In this document: positions 46,582-55,593 of the stretch, piece by piece
How the letters are laid out: every line of letters starts with the position of its first letter
How positions within the stretch are numbered: position 1 is the stretch's first letter
Origin: an uncultured Spirochaetota bacterium
GTDB lineage: Bacteria; Spirochaetota; Spirochaetia; SZUA-6; Fen-1364
Length of the DNA stretch: 64,000 nt
Reading direction: 5' to 3'
Assembly (NCBI GenBank): GCA_963820525.1
Contig: CAWGAA010000002.1
Coordinates: 654,535 to 718,534, forward strand
Made by a program: the position numbers and the translations under genes
The notes under the pieces: generated by a model
What the model was told of the DNA's origin: nothing
What the model saw: only the letters and a program-made list of their open reading frames with translations
The model's database searches: none

Positions 46582-47444
46582 CGAGCATGACGGGCTTCGG
46601 GCATGGGGAGCTTCAGGACGGCCGCGTCCGCGCGACGCTGGAGCTCCGTTCCTACAACAACCGCTACCTCGATCTTTTTCTCAACCTTCCCGTGAGCCTC
46701 AAGGTCTTCGAGCCGCGGCTTCGGGAGTATCTCTCGGCGCGAATACAGCGGGGGAAGGTCGAGATGTACCTCGGCGTGTCGGAGCTGGAAGAGGATCTGG
46801 AGGTTACGGTAGACGCCGGCCGCGCCCGAGCCTACCTGGAAGCCCTGACGCGGCTGAAAAAGCTCGCGGGAATACGGGACAGGGTCCGCCTCTCGCACCT
46901 CGTGGAGTTGGAAGGGATACTCAAGACGGAGAGCCGCAGGGACCCCGAGACTCTCTGGACGCTCGTCCTGCCGCTCCTCGACAGGGTCTTCGAGGAGTTC
47001 CAGGAATCGCGCCGTGCCGAGGGAAAGAAGACGGAAGAGGATATCCATCGGCTCGCCCTGGAGATCCGCGATCGCGTTCGCTCCATTGAGGCAGTCGTGC
47101 CGAAGATCGAGGAGAAAATCGTCACGGCGCTTCGCGAGAGGTTCCGCCAGCTCCTGGGGGAAGGGGTGGAGGAATCCCGGATCCTGGCGGAAACGGCCGT
47201 AACGCTCATGAAGTTCGACATCAACGAGGAGATCCAGAGGATGAAGGCCCACCTGGAGAGCCTCTTCGAGGCCGTCGGCCGGGAAGGCGGCCACGGCAAG
47301 AGGCTCGATTTCGTCTGTCAGGAGCTTGGACGGGAGATCAACACGATCGGCTCGAAGAGCATGATGCTGGAGATTGACCAGGCTGTGATCGCCGTCAAGG
47401 ACGGCCTGGAGAAGATCCGGGAGCAGCTTCGCAATGTCGAGTAG
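46578..47444 (+). CDS. yicC: YicC/YloC family endoribonuclease
   Basis: SMTGFG, NNRYLD, RGKVE, GKRLDF..QELGREINTIGSK, REQLRNVE. Confidence 0.92.
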   Translation: MTSMTGFGHGELQDGRVRATLELRSYNNRYLDLFLNLPVSLKVFEPRLREYLSARIQRGKVEMYLGVSELEEDLEVTVDAGRARAYLEALTRLKKLAGIRDRVRLSHLVELEGILKTESRRDPETLWTLVLPLLDRVFEEFQESRRAEGKKTEEDIHRLALEIRDRVRSIEAVVPKIEEKIVTALRERFRQLLGEGVEESRILAETAVTLMKFDINEEIQRMKAHLESLFEAVGREGGHGKRLDFVCQELGREINTIGSKSMMLEIDQAVIAVKDGLEKIREQLRNVE

Positions 47445-47964
47445 CCTGCGGATCGCGATATCGGGAAAGAGCGGGTGCGGCAACACCACCGTCTCCCGGA
47501 TGGTGGCCTCCCGGCTCGGTCTTCGCGTGATCAACTATACCTTCAAAGACCTGGCGCGGGAAAAAGGGATGAGCTTCGAAGAGCTTGCCCGCAGGGCGGA
47601 GACGGACCCGCAATACGATATTTCCCTGGACAAGATGCAGGTGGAGATGGCCAGGGACGGCGGGTGCGTGCTGGGCTCGAGGCTGGCAATCTGGCTTCTG
47701 CGCGATTCCGCTTTCACCGTGTACCTGGAGGCCGCGCTGGCGGTGCGGGCCGGACGCATCGCGAAGCGGGAGGGCCAGGATCCGGCCACGGCCCTCTCCC
47801 TCACCGAGGCGCGCGACAGGAGGGACAGGGAGCGCTACCTCAGGCTCTACGGCTACGACGTGGACGACTACAGCTTCGCTTCCCTCGTGATAGACACGGA
47901 GAGCCTGGACGCCGAGGGGGTTTCGCGCCTCATCATAGAGAATGTCAATACGATCGGCGCCTGA
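47434..47964 (+). CDS. archaeal-type cytidylate kinase-like NMP kinase
   Basis: IAISGKSGCGNTT variant P-loop, GSRLA, RD..D..RY..LYG. Confidence 0.8.
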   Translation: MSSSLRIAISGKSGCGNTTVSRMVASRLGLRVINYTFKDLAREKGMSFEELARRAETDPQYDISLDKMQVEMARDGGCVLGSRLAIWLLRDSAFTVYLEAALAVRAGRIAKREGQDPATALSLTEARDRRDRERYLRLYGYDVDDYSFASLVIDTESLDAEGVSRLIIENVNTIGA

Positions 47965-47985
47965 GAAGCGGCGGAAAGACTCATC

Positions 47986-48014
47986 TTGATTCTCTATTGA
48001 AAAAACCCTATACT
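47986..48014 (+). promoter_or_regulatory. sigma70 promoter of rpoZ-miaA
   Basis: TTGATT-17 bp-TATACT, 9 nt before ATG 48024. Confidence 0.7.
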
Positions 48015-48023
48015 CATCATTCT

Positions 48024-48215
48024 ATGGTATTGCCACTGGACCTCTTGACAAGCTTTCAGGGAAACGTATACGCGCTCACCTGCGCGGCCATGAAGCGCAG
48101 CATCCAGATCAACCTCGCGGGAGACGAGGAGCTCGACCAGAACAGGGGAAAGGTCGTCTCCACGGCCCTCAAGCAGATCCTCACGGGGAAGGTCAAGTAT
48201 CGGCCGGAAGCCTGA
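48024..48215 (+). CDS. rpoZ: RNA polymerase omega subunit
   Basis: 63 aa; GNVYALTCAAMKR and KVVSTALKQI match the omega pattern; conserved position after yicC-kinase. Confidence 0.8.
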   Translation: MVLPLDLLTSFQGNVYALTCAAMKRSIQINLAGDEELDQNRGKVVSTALKQILTGKVKYRPEA

Positions 48216-49179
48216 GCCAGCGCGCGTCATTGTCCTCTTCGGCCCGACGGGGGTCGGAAAATCAGAAACGCTCCTTTCGCTGCTCGATGGTCGATTCGAG
48301 GTGATCAATGCAGATTCCATGCAGGCCTACCGGCACATGGATATCGGAACCGCGAAGCCGCCCGCCGAGGCGCTGGCGCGGCTGCCCCACCACCTCGTAT
48401 CGTTCCTCGATCCCTCTGACCAGTACAATGCCGGGCAGTTCGTCACGCGGGCCGAATCTCTTGCCGCCGACATCCTTTCGCGGGGGAAGATCCCCGTGAT
48501 CTGCGGCGGAACGGCCTTCTATATCCGGAGCTTCCTCTTCGGCCTGCCGGAGTCTCCGCAGGGCTCACCAGAAATCCGCGCGCGGTTCCGCGAGCGGGAA
48601 AGGCACGCGGGGCATCGCGTGCTCTACGAGGAGCTCACACGCCGCGACCCGGAGGCGGCGCGGCGCATCCCGCAGGATGATCGCTACCGCATCGTGCGCG
48701 CCCTTGAGATCCTCGAGGCGACGGGGCGTTCGATGTTCTCGTTCCGCTGGCCGCGAACGCTTCGCCCGGGATACGAGTTTCTGACAATCGGCCTGGACCG
48801 GCGACGGGATGAGCTGTACAGCCGGATCGATTCCCGCGTCGAGCGGATGTTCGAGGAAGGCCTCGTGGATGAGGTGCGCAGGCTGATCGCCATGGGGTAC
48901 GGGCCGATGGACCCGGGGATGCGGGGGATCGGGTATCGCGAGTTCTTCGAGATGCAGAGGGGCTGCCTCTCGCTCGCCGACGTGAAGCTTTCCATCCAGC
49001 GGAACTCCCGCAGGTATGCCAAGCGTCAGATCACTTTTTTCAAGCCCGTGCCGGGCGTTCGATGGGTGAGCCCTGAGGATCTCGCGGTCCTCCGCTCGCT
49101 CATCGAGTCGTTCATCGAGGGCGGTCCCGGCCTGCCTCATGCCGAGCTACTTGACCATGGGCAGGGAAACTCTGCATAG
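48199..49179 (+). CDS. miaA: tRNA dimethylallyltransferase (start non-canonical/uncertain)
   Basis: In-frame VLFGPTGVGKS upstream of ORF 48301, then ADSMQAY, IGTAKP, GGTAFY, YAKRQ. No ATG/GTG/TTG before the P-loop; ATC 48199 or ATT 48229 are candidate starts. Confidence 0.88.
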   Translation: MGRKPEPARVIVLFGPTGVGKSETLLSLLDGRFEVINADSMQAYRHMDIGTAKPPAEALARLPHHLVSFLDPSDQYNAGQFVTRAESLAADILSRGKIPVICGGTAFYIRSFLFGLPESPQGSPEIRARFRERERHAGHRVLYEELTRRDPEAARRIPQDDRYRIVRALEILEATGRSMFSFRWPRTLRPGYEFLTIGLDRRRDELYSRIDSRVERMFEEGLVDEVRRLIAMGYGPMDPGMRGIGYREFFEMQRGCLSLADVKLSIQRNSRRYAKRQITFFKPVPGVRWVSPEDLAVLRSLIESFIEGGPGLPHAELLDHGQGNSA

Positions 49180-49258
49180 TGGTGGTCAGGAAATATGTGC
49201 GCGGCCGGCAATCGTCAAGCGATCGCGCATCTCCATAACCCGAAAGGAGTAGGCACCA

Positions 49259-49354
49259 GTGCCCTGTGGTAGGAAGAGAAAGCGACATAAGATAGCCACG
49301 CATAAAAGGAAGAAGAAGCTTCGCGCCAATCGCCACAAGAAGAAGCTGCGGTAG
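49259..49354 (+). CDS. small basic ribosome-associated protein, bS22/AURKAIP1/COX24 (mS38)-like, 31 aa
   Basis: SD AAAGGAG then GTG: MPCGRKRKRHKIATHKRKKKLRANRHKKKLR; upstream TTGACC-18-CATAGT. Confidence 0.85.
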   Translation: MPCGRKRKRHKIATHKRKKKLRANRHKKKLR

Positions 49355-49379
49355 AGGCGGGTTCGGCGGAGGGCGTTCT

Positions 49380-50216
49380 GTGAAACCGCTCGTGATTCTT
49401 TCCTTTCTCTTGCTGTGGAGCGCGCCGCAGGCGCGCTCTGATAGCCTCTGGAGCCCGGACTTCAAGGGATATCTTTCCGGAGGAAAAGGCCTGGAAAAGG
49501 GAGACACGGTGGTGGTGGCAGTCGACTCGTCATCCGCACTCTCCTTTACGTCCACGAACAGCGATTCCAAGAGCCTCACCATCGAGTTCTCCGGAGGAGA
49601 AGGGGGGAACCTCTTTTCTTTTCTTCCGCAAGTGAAGACGGGAGGGACTCTCAGCGCAAAGGGCGGCGAGCAGTACAGCCTCCGCGCAGAGGTCCCCGCC
49701 ACGGTCACGCAGACAGACCAGACGGGTAGGGCACTGGTTTCCGGCACCCGATCCATCACCCTCGAAGGCAAGGAGCAGTCCATCAACCTCACGGGCTGGG
49801 TGAGCCCCAAGGATGTCGATCCCCGGGGACGAGTCGCCCTCTCGCGGCTGGCAGATGCCCGGCTGGTCTTCAAGACTTTCCTGGCGCCTTCCCAGCCCAT
49901 CCTCTCCGACAAGGATATCCAGACCATCATCGCCGCCGCGCCCGCTCCAGCGGCGCTCGCGACACCTGCCGCCCCCGCCGGGGGTCGTGCTCCCGCGCCC
50001 GCAGCGGCTGCAGGACAGCCCGGCGGCGCCCAGGCCCCGGCGCCTGCAGCTGCGGCACCTGCCGCCCCGGCCGTCGGGGCTGCCGCCGCGCAACCCGCAG
50101 GGGCCGCGCCGCCGCAGCCCGCCGCCGCACCGCAGCTCTCCCTCACGGACGCGAAGAAAAAGGAGCTTCTCCTCCTGTACCTCAACCGGCTGATCGATAT
50201 CCTGTTCTCCCAGTAG
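49380..50216 (+). CDS. FlgH (flagellar L-ring)-like protein with Pro/Ala-rich insertion
   Basis: Signal peptide, SLW, GDTVVV, ATVTQ...LVSGTRSITL...INLTGWVSPKDV...LADAR pattern. Confidence 0.65.
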   Translation: MKPLVILSFLLLWSAPQARSDSLWSPDFKGYLSGGKGLEKGDTVVVAVDSSSALSFTSTNSDSKSLTIEFSGGEGGNLFSFLPQVKTGGTLSAKGGEQYSLRAEVPATVTQTDQTGRALVSGTRSITLEGKEQSINLTGWVSPKDVDPRGRVALSRLADARLVFKTFLAPSQPILSDKDIQTIIAAAPAPAALATPAAPAGGRAPAPAAAAGQPGGAQAPAPAAAAPAAPAVGAAAAQPAGAAPPQPAAAPQLSLTDAKKKELLLLYLNRLIDILFSQ

Positions 50217-50231
50217 GGAGGCGAACAGATC

Positions 50232-52151
50232 ATGAGCGCGTCCTATCCCATCCTCTCACAGATAAACTCCCCGGAGGACCTCAGGGCCCTTCCCGCTTCC
50301 CTGCTCGAGCCGCTCGCGGGAGAGCTGCGCGCCATGATCATGGAGGCGGTCGCGGCCAACGGCGGCCACCTGGCGTCGAACCTCGGTGTGGTGGAGCTCA
50401 CCATCGCGCTGCACAGGGCATTCCGGTCCCCCCAGGACAAGATCGTCTGGGACGTCGGGCACCAATGCTACGCCCACAAGATCCTCACGGGGCGGCGGGA
50501 TTCCTTCAAGAGCCTGCGCACGCTGGGAGGCTTGAGCGGGTTTCCCAAGCGCTCGGAGAGCGAGCATGACATCGTGGATACGGGGCACGCCTCCACCTCC
50601 ATTTCCAGTTCCCTGGGAATCGCGATCGGGCAGGAACGCTCGGGAACCAGGGGGAAGGTGATTGCCGTGATCGGCGACGGGGCGCTCGGCGGCGGTCTCG
50701 CCCTGGCCGGCCTCAATCATGCCGGCCACATGCGCAAGAACATCATCATCATCCTCAACGACAACGCGATGTCCATCGGCCGCAACGTGGGCGCGATCTC
50801 CTCCTATCTCAGCGGGCTCACCACCTCACGGTTGTACCAGCTTTTCCGCAAGGAATTCGACAGGACCGTCGCCGGCCTGCCGGTGGTCGGCACCCAGATC
50901 ATCGGGATCATCTCGCGGCTGAAGAAGGGGATGAAGGCCGTCTTCTTCCGCGAATCCCTCTTCAGCGACCTCGGTTTCGAATACGTGGGGCCGATCGACG
51001 GCCATGACATCGCCCGCATGACCCGCATCTTCCGCAACCTGCGGAACCTCGAGGCGCCGGTGGTTGTGCACGTGACGACCCGCAAGGGAAAGGGCTATCC
51101 CTTCGCCGAAGAGAACCCGACGCGCTATCACGGAGTGGCGCCGTTCTCCCTGCTCAATGGAAAGTTCGAGAACTCCAGCAAGCTCACCTATTCGGAGGCT
51201 TTCTCCCAGGCCATCGTGCGCCTCGCAGCCGAAGATCCCCGCATTGTGGCCGTCACGGCCGCCATGGCTGACGGGACGGGCCTGCGGGCGCTGAAGGAGG
51301 CGAGCCCGGCCAAGGTCTTCGACGTGGGAATAGCCGAGGAGAACGCGGTCACCTTCGCGTCCGGCCTTGCCATCGCCGGGCTGCGCCCCGTTGTGGCCAT
51401 CTATTCCACGTTCCTCCAGCGGGCCGTGGACCAGGTGATCCATGATGTGGCACTACCCGGCCTGCCCGTGATTTTCGCGGTGGACCGTTCGGGAGTCGTG
51501 TCGGGAGACGGCGAGACGCATCAAGGGGTCTTCGACATCAGTCTCTTCGGTTCCGTGCCCGGACTCTCCATCATCTCTCCGGCGAGCCGCCAGGAGATGG
51601 AGCTCTGCCTCCGCTGGGCCCTGCTCCGCGGCGCTCCCGTCATGATCCGATACCCCAAGGCGGTGTGCGGACCCGACCTGGAGGAGCTCGCCTCCCCCCT
51701 GGAGGAAGGGAAAGGCGTTTTCGTGCGCCACCACCAGAGCGAGGTCCTCCTCATTGCCGTGGGCGGGATCCTCACCGAGGCGCTCAAGGCCGCGCACCTG
51801 CTGAATCTTCGAGGGATATCGGCGGATATCTACTCGATGAGGTTCGTCAAGCCGCTCGACGAGGCCTACCTCGAGAAGGTCCTCTCTTTGTACGGCTGCG
51901 CCGTGCTCGTCGAGGAGACCCTGACGCGCGGCGGGCTCGGGGAGCACGTTGGCCGCATGCTCCACGAGAGAGGATCCTCGGTCCGTTTCCGTTCCCTTGG
52001 CGTTGCGGACCTCTTCCTCCCCCATGGCTCCCGGGGAGAGCTCCTTCGCCTCGCCCGGCTCGACGGCGAATCCATCGCGCGCCGGGTGGAGGAGATCCTG
52101 GTGGAGACCGCGGGGGTCATCGTGCCTCACGGCGCCTTGCGGTTGCCATGA
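50232..52151 (+). CDS. dxs: 1-deoxy-D-xylulose-5-phosphate synthase
   Basis: GGHLASNLG, DVGHQCYAHK, GDGA...NDN, DRSG..DGETHQG. Confidence 0.95.
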   Translation: MSASYPILSQINSPEDLRALPASLLEPLAGELRAMIMEAVAANGGHLASNLGVVELTIALHRAFRSPQDKIVWDVGHQCYAHKILTGRRDSFKSLRTLGGLSGFPKRSESEHDIVDTGHASTSISSSLGIAIGQERSGTRGKVIAVIGDGALGGGLALAGLNHAGHMRKNIIIILNDNAMSIGRNVGAISSYLSGLTTSRLYQLFRKEFDRTVAGLPVVGTQIIGIISRLKKGMKAVFFRESLFSDLGFEYVGPIDGHDIARMTRIFRNLRNLEAPVVVHVTTRKGKGYPFAEENPTRYHGVAPFSLLNGKFENSSKLTYSEAFSQAIVRLAAEDPRIVAVTAAMADGTGLRALKEASPAKVFDVGIAEENAVTFASGLAIAGLRPVVAIYSTFLQRAVDQVIHDVALPGLPVIFAVDRSGVVSGDGETHQGVFDISLFGSVPGLSIISPASRQEMELCLRWALLRGAPVMIRYPKAVCGPDLEELASPLEEGKGVFVRHHQSEVLLIAVGGILTEALKAAHLLNLRGISADIYSMRFVKPLDEAYLEKVLSLYGCAVLVEETLTRGGLGEHVGRMLHERGSSVRFRSLGVADLFLPHGSRGELLRLARLDGESIARRVEEILVETAGVIVPHGALRLP

Positions 52152-52197
52152 CGAGCGCCCACGGCGCCGCCCGCGCTCTGCACGCGCATACCATTCC

Positions 52198-52227
52198 TTG
52201 ACATCGGCGGAAAGCCGTTGGTAGAAT
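52198..52227 (+). promoter_or_regulatory. sigma70 promoter of the folP-cdaA operon
   Basis: TTGACA-18 bp-TAGAAT with extended TG; 8 nt before GTG 52236. Confidence 0.7.
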
Positions 52228-52235
52228 CCCAAACC

Positions 52236-53459
52236 GTGGCGTCCATCCTCCACCGGGCTTCAGAAATCAATGCGCACCCCATCGACATCGCCACCGCGGC
52301 CGATTTGAAGCGGCACCTGAACGAGATCGATGTTCCGGACGAAGAGATCGAAAAGATCTCCGACAGCTTTCTCTACTGCACCCTCAAGCTGGAGAGCGTC
52401 GATACGCGGGCCGCCAACCTGCTGAAAAGCTCCATCGAAGCTCTCGGCGGCGGCATCGCCATGAGAAAGGAGGCGCGCGACTATACCGTGCGCGAGACGG
52501 ACGTCATGATCACAGGCAGCAGGCGGACCCTGGAGCTCCTGTCGCTGAAGCTGAAAGGGGAGCCCTTCGGTCTGGAGGCCATCGGGGCCGAGATCGCCGC
52601 CTGCCTGGCCTCCGGCAACAGGACGATGAGCTGGGGAGACCGCGTGCTGGATTTCACGCGCAAAACCTACGTCATGGGAATCCTCAACGCCACGCCCGAC
52701 TCCTTCTATCCTTCCAGCAGGAGCCCCACCATGAAGGAGGCGATGGCGGCGGTGTCCAAGATGATCGGCGCGGGAGCCGACATCATCGACGTGGGCGGCG
52801 AGTCCTCCCGGCCGGGGTCCGACTCGATTCCCCTGGAGGAGGAGGTGGGGCGCGTCATCCCCGTGGTCGAGGCCATCCGGGCGCAGAGCGACATCATGAT
52901 CTCGGTGGACACGCGGAAGAAGGAGGTCGCCGAACGGGCGCTGGACGCCGGGGCCGACATCATCAACGACATCTCGGCCCTCAAGGGGGATGCGGAGCTG
53001 GCCCGCCTCGTGGCCAGGCGCCGGGTGCCCATCGTCCTCATGCACATGCGGGGCACCCCCAAGACGATGCAGAAGAGCCCTTCCTACAAGAACACGATCA
53101 GCGAGATCCTTCGGGAGCTCGCGCCCTCCATCGCGTTCGCCATCGGGGCGGGGATCTCCCCGGAGATGATCATCGTGGATCCCGGCATCGGCTTCGGCAA
53201 GCGCACCCAGGACAACCTCGCGATCATCCGGGAGCTGGCCTCGATGAAGAGATTGAGCTTCCCCATCCTCATCGGGCTTTCGCGAAAAGGCTTCCTCGGT
53301 GAAATCCTCGACCGGCCCGTGGAGAACCGCCTCATCGGTACGATCACCGCCAACACGCTGGCCGTCATCAACGGCGCCAATATCATCCGCGTGCACGACG
53401 TCGGCGACGCCGTTGAAATGATCAAAATCATAGATTCCATCCGGCGAATCGGAGCATAG
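52236..53459 (+). CDS. folP: dihydropteroate synthase with N-terminal extension
   Basis: MGILNATPDSF, DVGGESSRPG, DPGIGFGK, SRK, RVHDV. Start set to GTG 52236 because TTG 52218 lies within the promoter. Confidence 0.9.
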   Translation: MASILHRASEINAHPIDIATAADLKRHLNEIDVPDEEIEKISDSFLYCTLKLESVDTRAANLLKSSIEALGGGIAMRKEARDYTVRETDVMITGSRRTLELLSLKLKGEPFGLEAIGAEIAACLASGNRTMSWGDRVLDFTRKTYVMGILNATPDSFYPSSRSPTMKEAMAAVSKMIGAGADIIDVGGESSRPGSDSIPLEEEVGRVIPVVEAIRAQSDIMISVDTRKKEVAERALDAGADIINDISALKGDAELARLVARRRVPIVLMHMRGTPKTMQKSPSYKNTISEILRELAPSIAFAIGAGISPEMIIVDPGIGFGKRTQDNLAIIRELASMKRLSFPILIGLSRKGFLGEILDRPVENRLIGTITANTLAVINGANIIRVHDVGDAVEMIKIIDSIRRIGA

Positions 53460-53471
53460 GAGCGCCGGCCC

Positions 53472-54263
53472 GTGGACCAGCTTCTGAATACCTGGGTGGT
53501 GCGGGAGTTCATCCGTCCCGTCCTCGATGTCTTGATGCTCTCCTACCTCCTGTACAAGAGCTACCGGATCCTCGTACAGACACGGGCCGTCCAGCTCATC
53601 AAGGGCACGGCCGTGATGGTGCTGATCTACGCCGTGAGCCTGTTCCTCCGGCTCACCACCCTCACCTGGATCCTCAACCTCCTGGTGCCCGGGCTCGTCA
53701 TCGCCATCGCCATTGTGTTCCAGCCCGAGCTTCGAAAGATCTTCACCCAGATCGGAAGCCGGGAGTGGTTCCGCATCGGCACCCGGCCCACCACCTCGCA
53801 CCTGGAGATCATCCTCTCCGCCCTCGAGCTCTTCTCGGCCCAGAGGAGGGGCGCCCTGTTCGTCTTTCCCCGCCGCGTGGGGCTTCGAAACATCATCCAG
53901 ACCGGGACCCCGCTTTCCGCCGAGCTCACCGCGAACCTGCTCACCACGATCTTCTTCGACGGCACGCCGCTGCACGACGGCGCCGTTGTGATCGAGGGAG
54001 ACCGCGTCACTGCGGCGGGCTGCTTCCTGCCGCTTTCGCAGCGGGAGGACGTGCAGAGCACCTTCGGCACGCGGCATCGCGCGGCGCTCGGCCTTGCCGA
54101 GGAGACCGACGCCGTGGTGGCCGTGGTCTCCGAGGAAAATGGGGCGCTCTCCCTCGCGTTCGACGGCAATATCCGCTACAAAATAACCCTCGCCGAGATC
54201 GAGGGACTGCTCAAGAGGCTCCTGCGCTTCGGCAAAAGTGAGGAGGACCCCGATGAAGCGTAG
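53472..54263 (+). CDS. cdaA: diadenylate cyclase
   Basis: Three N-terminal TM segments, FQPELR, PLHDGA, GTRHRAA. Confidence 0.93.
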   Translation: MDQLLNTWVVREFIRPVLDVLMLSYLLYKSYRILVQTRAVQLIKGTAVMVLIYAVSLFLRLTTLTWILNLLVPGLVIAIAIVFQPELRKIFTQIGSREWFRIGTRPTTSHLEIILSALELFSAQRRGALFVFPRRVGLRNIIQTGTPLSAELTANLLTTIFFDGTPLHDGAVVIEGDRVTAAGCFLPLSQREDVQSTFGTRHRAALGLAEETDAVVAVVSEENGALSLAFDGNIRYKITLAEIEGLLKRLLRFGKSEEDPDEA

Positions 54264-55203
54264 GGGCGTCTTCTCCCGCAGGCTCCTCGCCGATCTGCCC
54301 GCCAAGCTGATCTGCCTCACCGCCGCGGTGATCCTTTTCTTCTTTCACAGGGTCAACACCATGACGGAGCGCTTCTTCAGCGTCCCCATGCAGGTGGATG
54401 TTCCCGCCGGGCTCGCCGTGGCCTCCTCCTATCCCAAGAGCGTGCGCATCACCCTGCGCGGCGCCGAGGAGGCCATCTACCCCATTCTTGAAGAGGACAT
54501 CGAAGCGAGCGTCACCCTCGAGGGGCACAAGGCGCCGGGAGCGTTCCGGGAGCCGGTCCGGGTGGAAAGGAAGGGGACCGCGGCGAACGTGGAGCCGCTG
54601 GAGGTGCGGGTCGATCCACAGGAGATCACCTTCAAGCTCGATACCCTGATGGAGCGGCGGGTCAACGTGATCGCGGACATCCGCGGGGCCCCCGCCTACG
54701 GCTACGAGCTGGCGCAATACTCCGTCTCGCCGCAGACCGTCGTGATCCGCGGGGCGAAAAGCTTCGTGCAGGCGGTGAACGCCCTGTCAACGGAGGAGAT
54801 CGACCTGACGGGCAGAACGAGCCCCTTCACCATGCGGGTGAAGACCGTGCTCGCAAACCCGCTCCTTCGCGTGGCGGGGGACTCGACCGTGGAGTTCCGG
54901 GCCGCGATCCAGGAAACCGTTCTCTCCAAGACGTTCGACGGCGTCGAGATCGCGGGCCTCGACCTTTCGCCCCACCTGAAGCTCAAGGCCCAGCCTCCTC
55001 AGGGAAGCATCAGGGTGCAGGGACCCCAGCTCACGGTGGAAGCCTTCAAGCCGGACCAGCTCAGGCTGCTGGCTGATCTAACCGCAATCCGGAGACCCGG
55101 CGCGTATCAGCTGCGCGTCAGGCCGGAGGCGCCGTCCACCGCCGTCATCCTGGACTACGAGCCCAAGGAGATCGGAATAGAGCTTGTGCCGTCGGGGAAA
55201 TAG
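54253..55203 (+). CDS. cdaR: CdaR/YbbR-like regulator
   Basis: Single TM followed by YbbR-like repeats; immediately after cdaA; SD AGGAGG. Confidence 0.82.
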   Translation: MKRRGVFSRRLLADLPAKLICLTAAVILFFFHRVNTMTERFFSVPMQVDVPAGLAVASSYPKSVRITLRGAEEAIYPILEEDIEASVTLEGHKAPGAFREPVRVERKGTAANVEPLEVRVDPQEITFKLDTLMERRVNVIADIRGAPAYGYELAQYSVSPQTVVIRGAKSFVQAVNALSTEEIDLTGRTSPFTMRVKTVLANPLLRVAGDSTVEFRAAIQETVLSKTFDGVEIAGLDLSPHLKLKAQPPQGSIRVQGPQLTVEAFKPDQLRLLADLTAIRRPGAYQLRVRPEAPSTAVILDYEPKEIGIELVPSGK

Positions 55204-55216
55204 GAGGAGTTGAGAA

Positions 55217-55591
55217 GTGATCCTCGGGGTAGGAATCGACGTCGTGCACGTTGAGAGAATTCGCCGGTGGAAGGAGATCGAGGGGCTGTACGAGAGGTTC
55301 TTCCATCCCGAGGAGCTGGCGGGCGCCCTTCCCCGGGGGGAGGCCGGGATCCTTTCCCTTGCGGCACGCTTCGCGGCGAAAGAGGCGTTCGGCAAGGCGA
55401 TCGGCTCGGGGCTCCGGCATTTCGGCCTTCGGGAGATCGCCGTGCTCAACGACTCCAACGGCAAGCCCTTCATGGTTCTCACGGGAAGGGCTGAAGAGGC
55501 TTTCAACGATCTGGGCGGAAGGCGGATCGCGCTCTCCCTCTCCCACGAGAAGGACAACGCCCTCGCGATCGTCATAATCGAAGGGGATTGA
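55217..55591 (+). CDS. acpS: holo-ACP synthase
   Basis: GVGIDVV, ARFAAKEAFGKA, SLSHE. Confidence 0.95.
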   Translation: MILGVGIDVVHVERIRRWKEIEGLYERFFHPEELAGALPRGEAGILSLAARFAAKEAFGKAIGSGLRHFGLREIAVLNDSNGKPFMVLTGRAEEAFNDLGGRRIALSLSHEKDNALAIVIIEGD

Positions 55592-55593
55592 CA

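Noticed and set aside
52260..54320. Long antisense ORFs (e.g. 686 aa here; also 9218-10615, 15000-16256, 55078-56271)
   Set aside because: Shadow frames of well-supported genes in GC-rich DNA, with no recognisable motifs.
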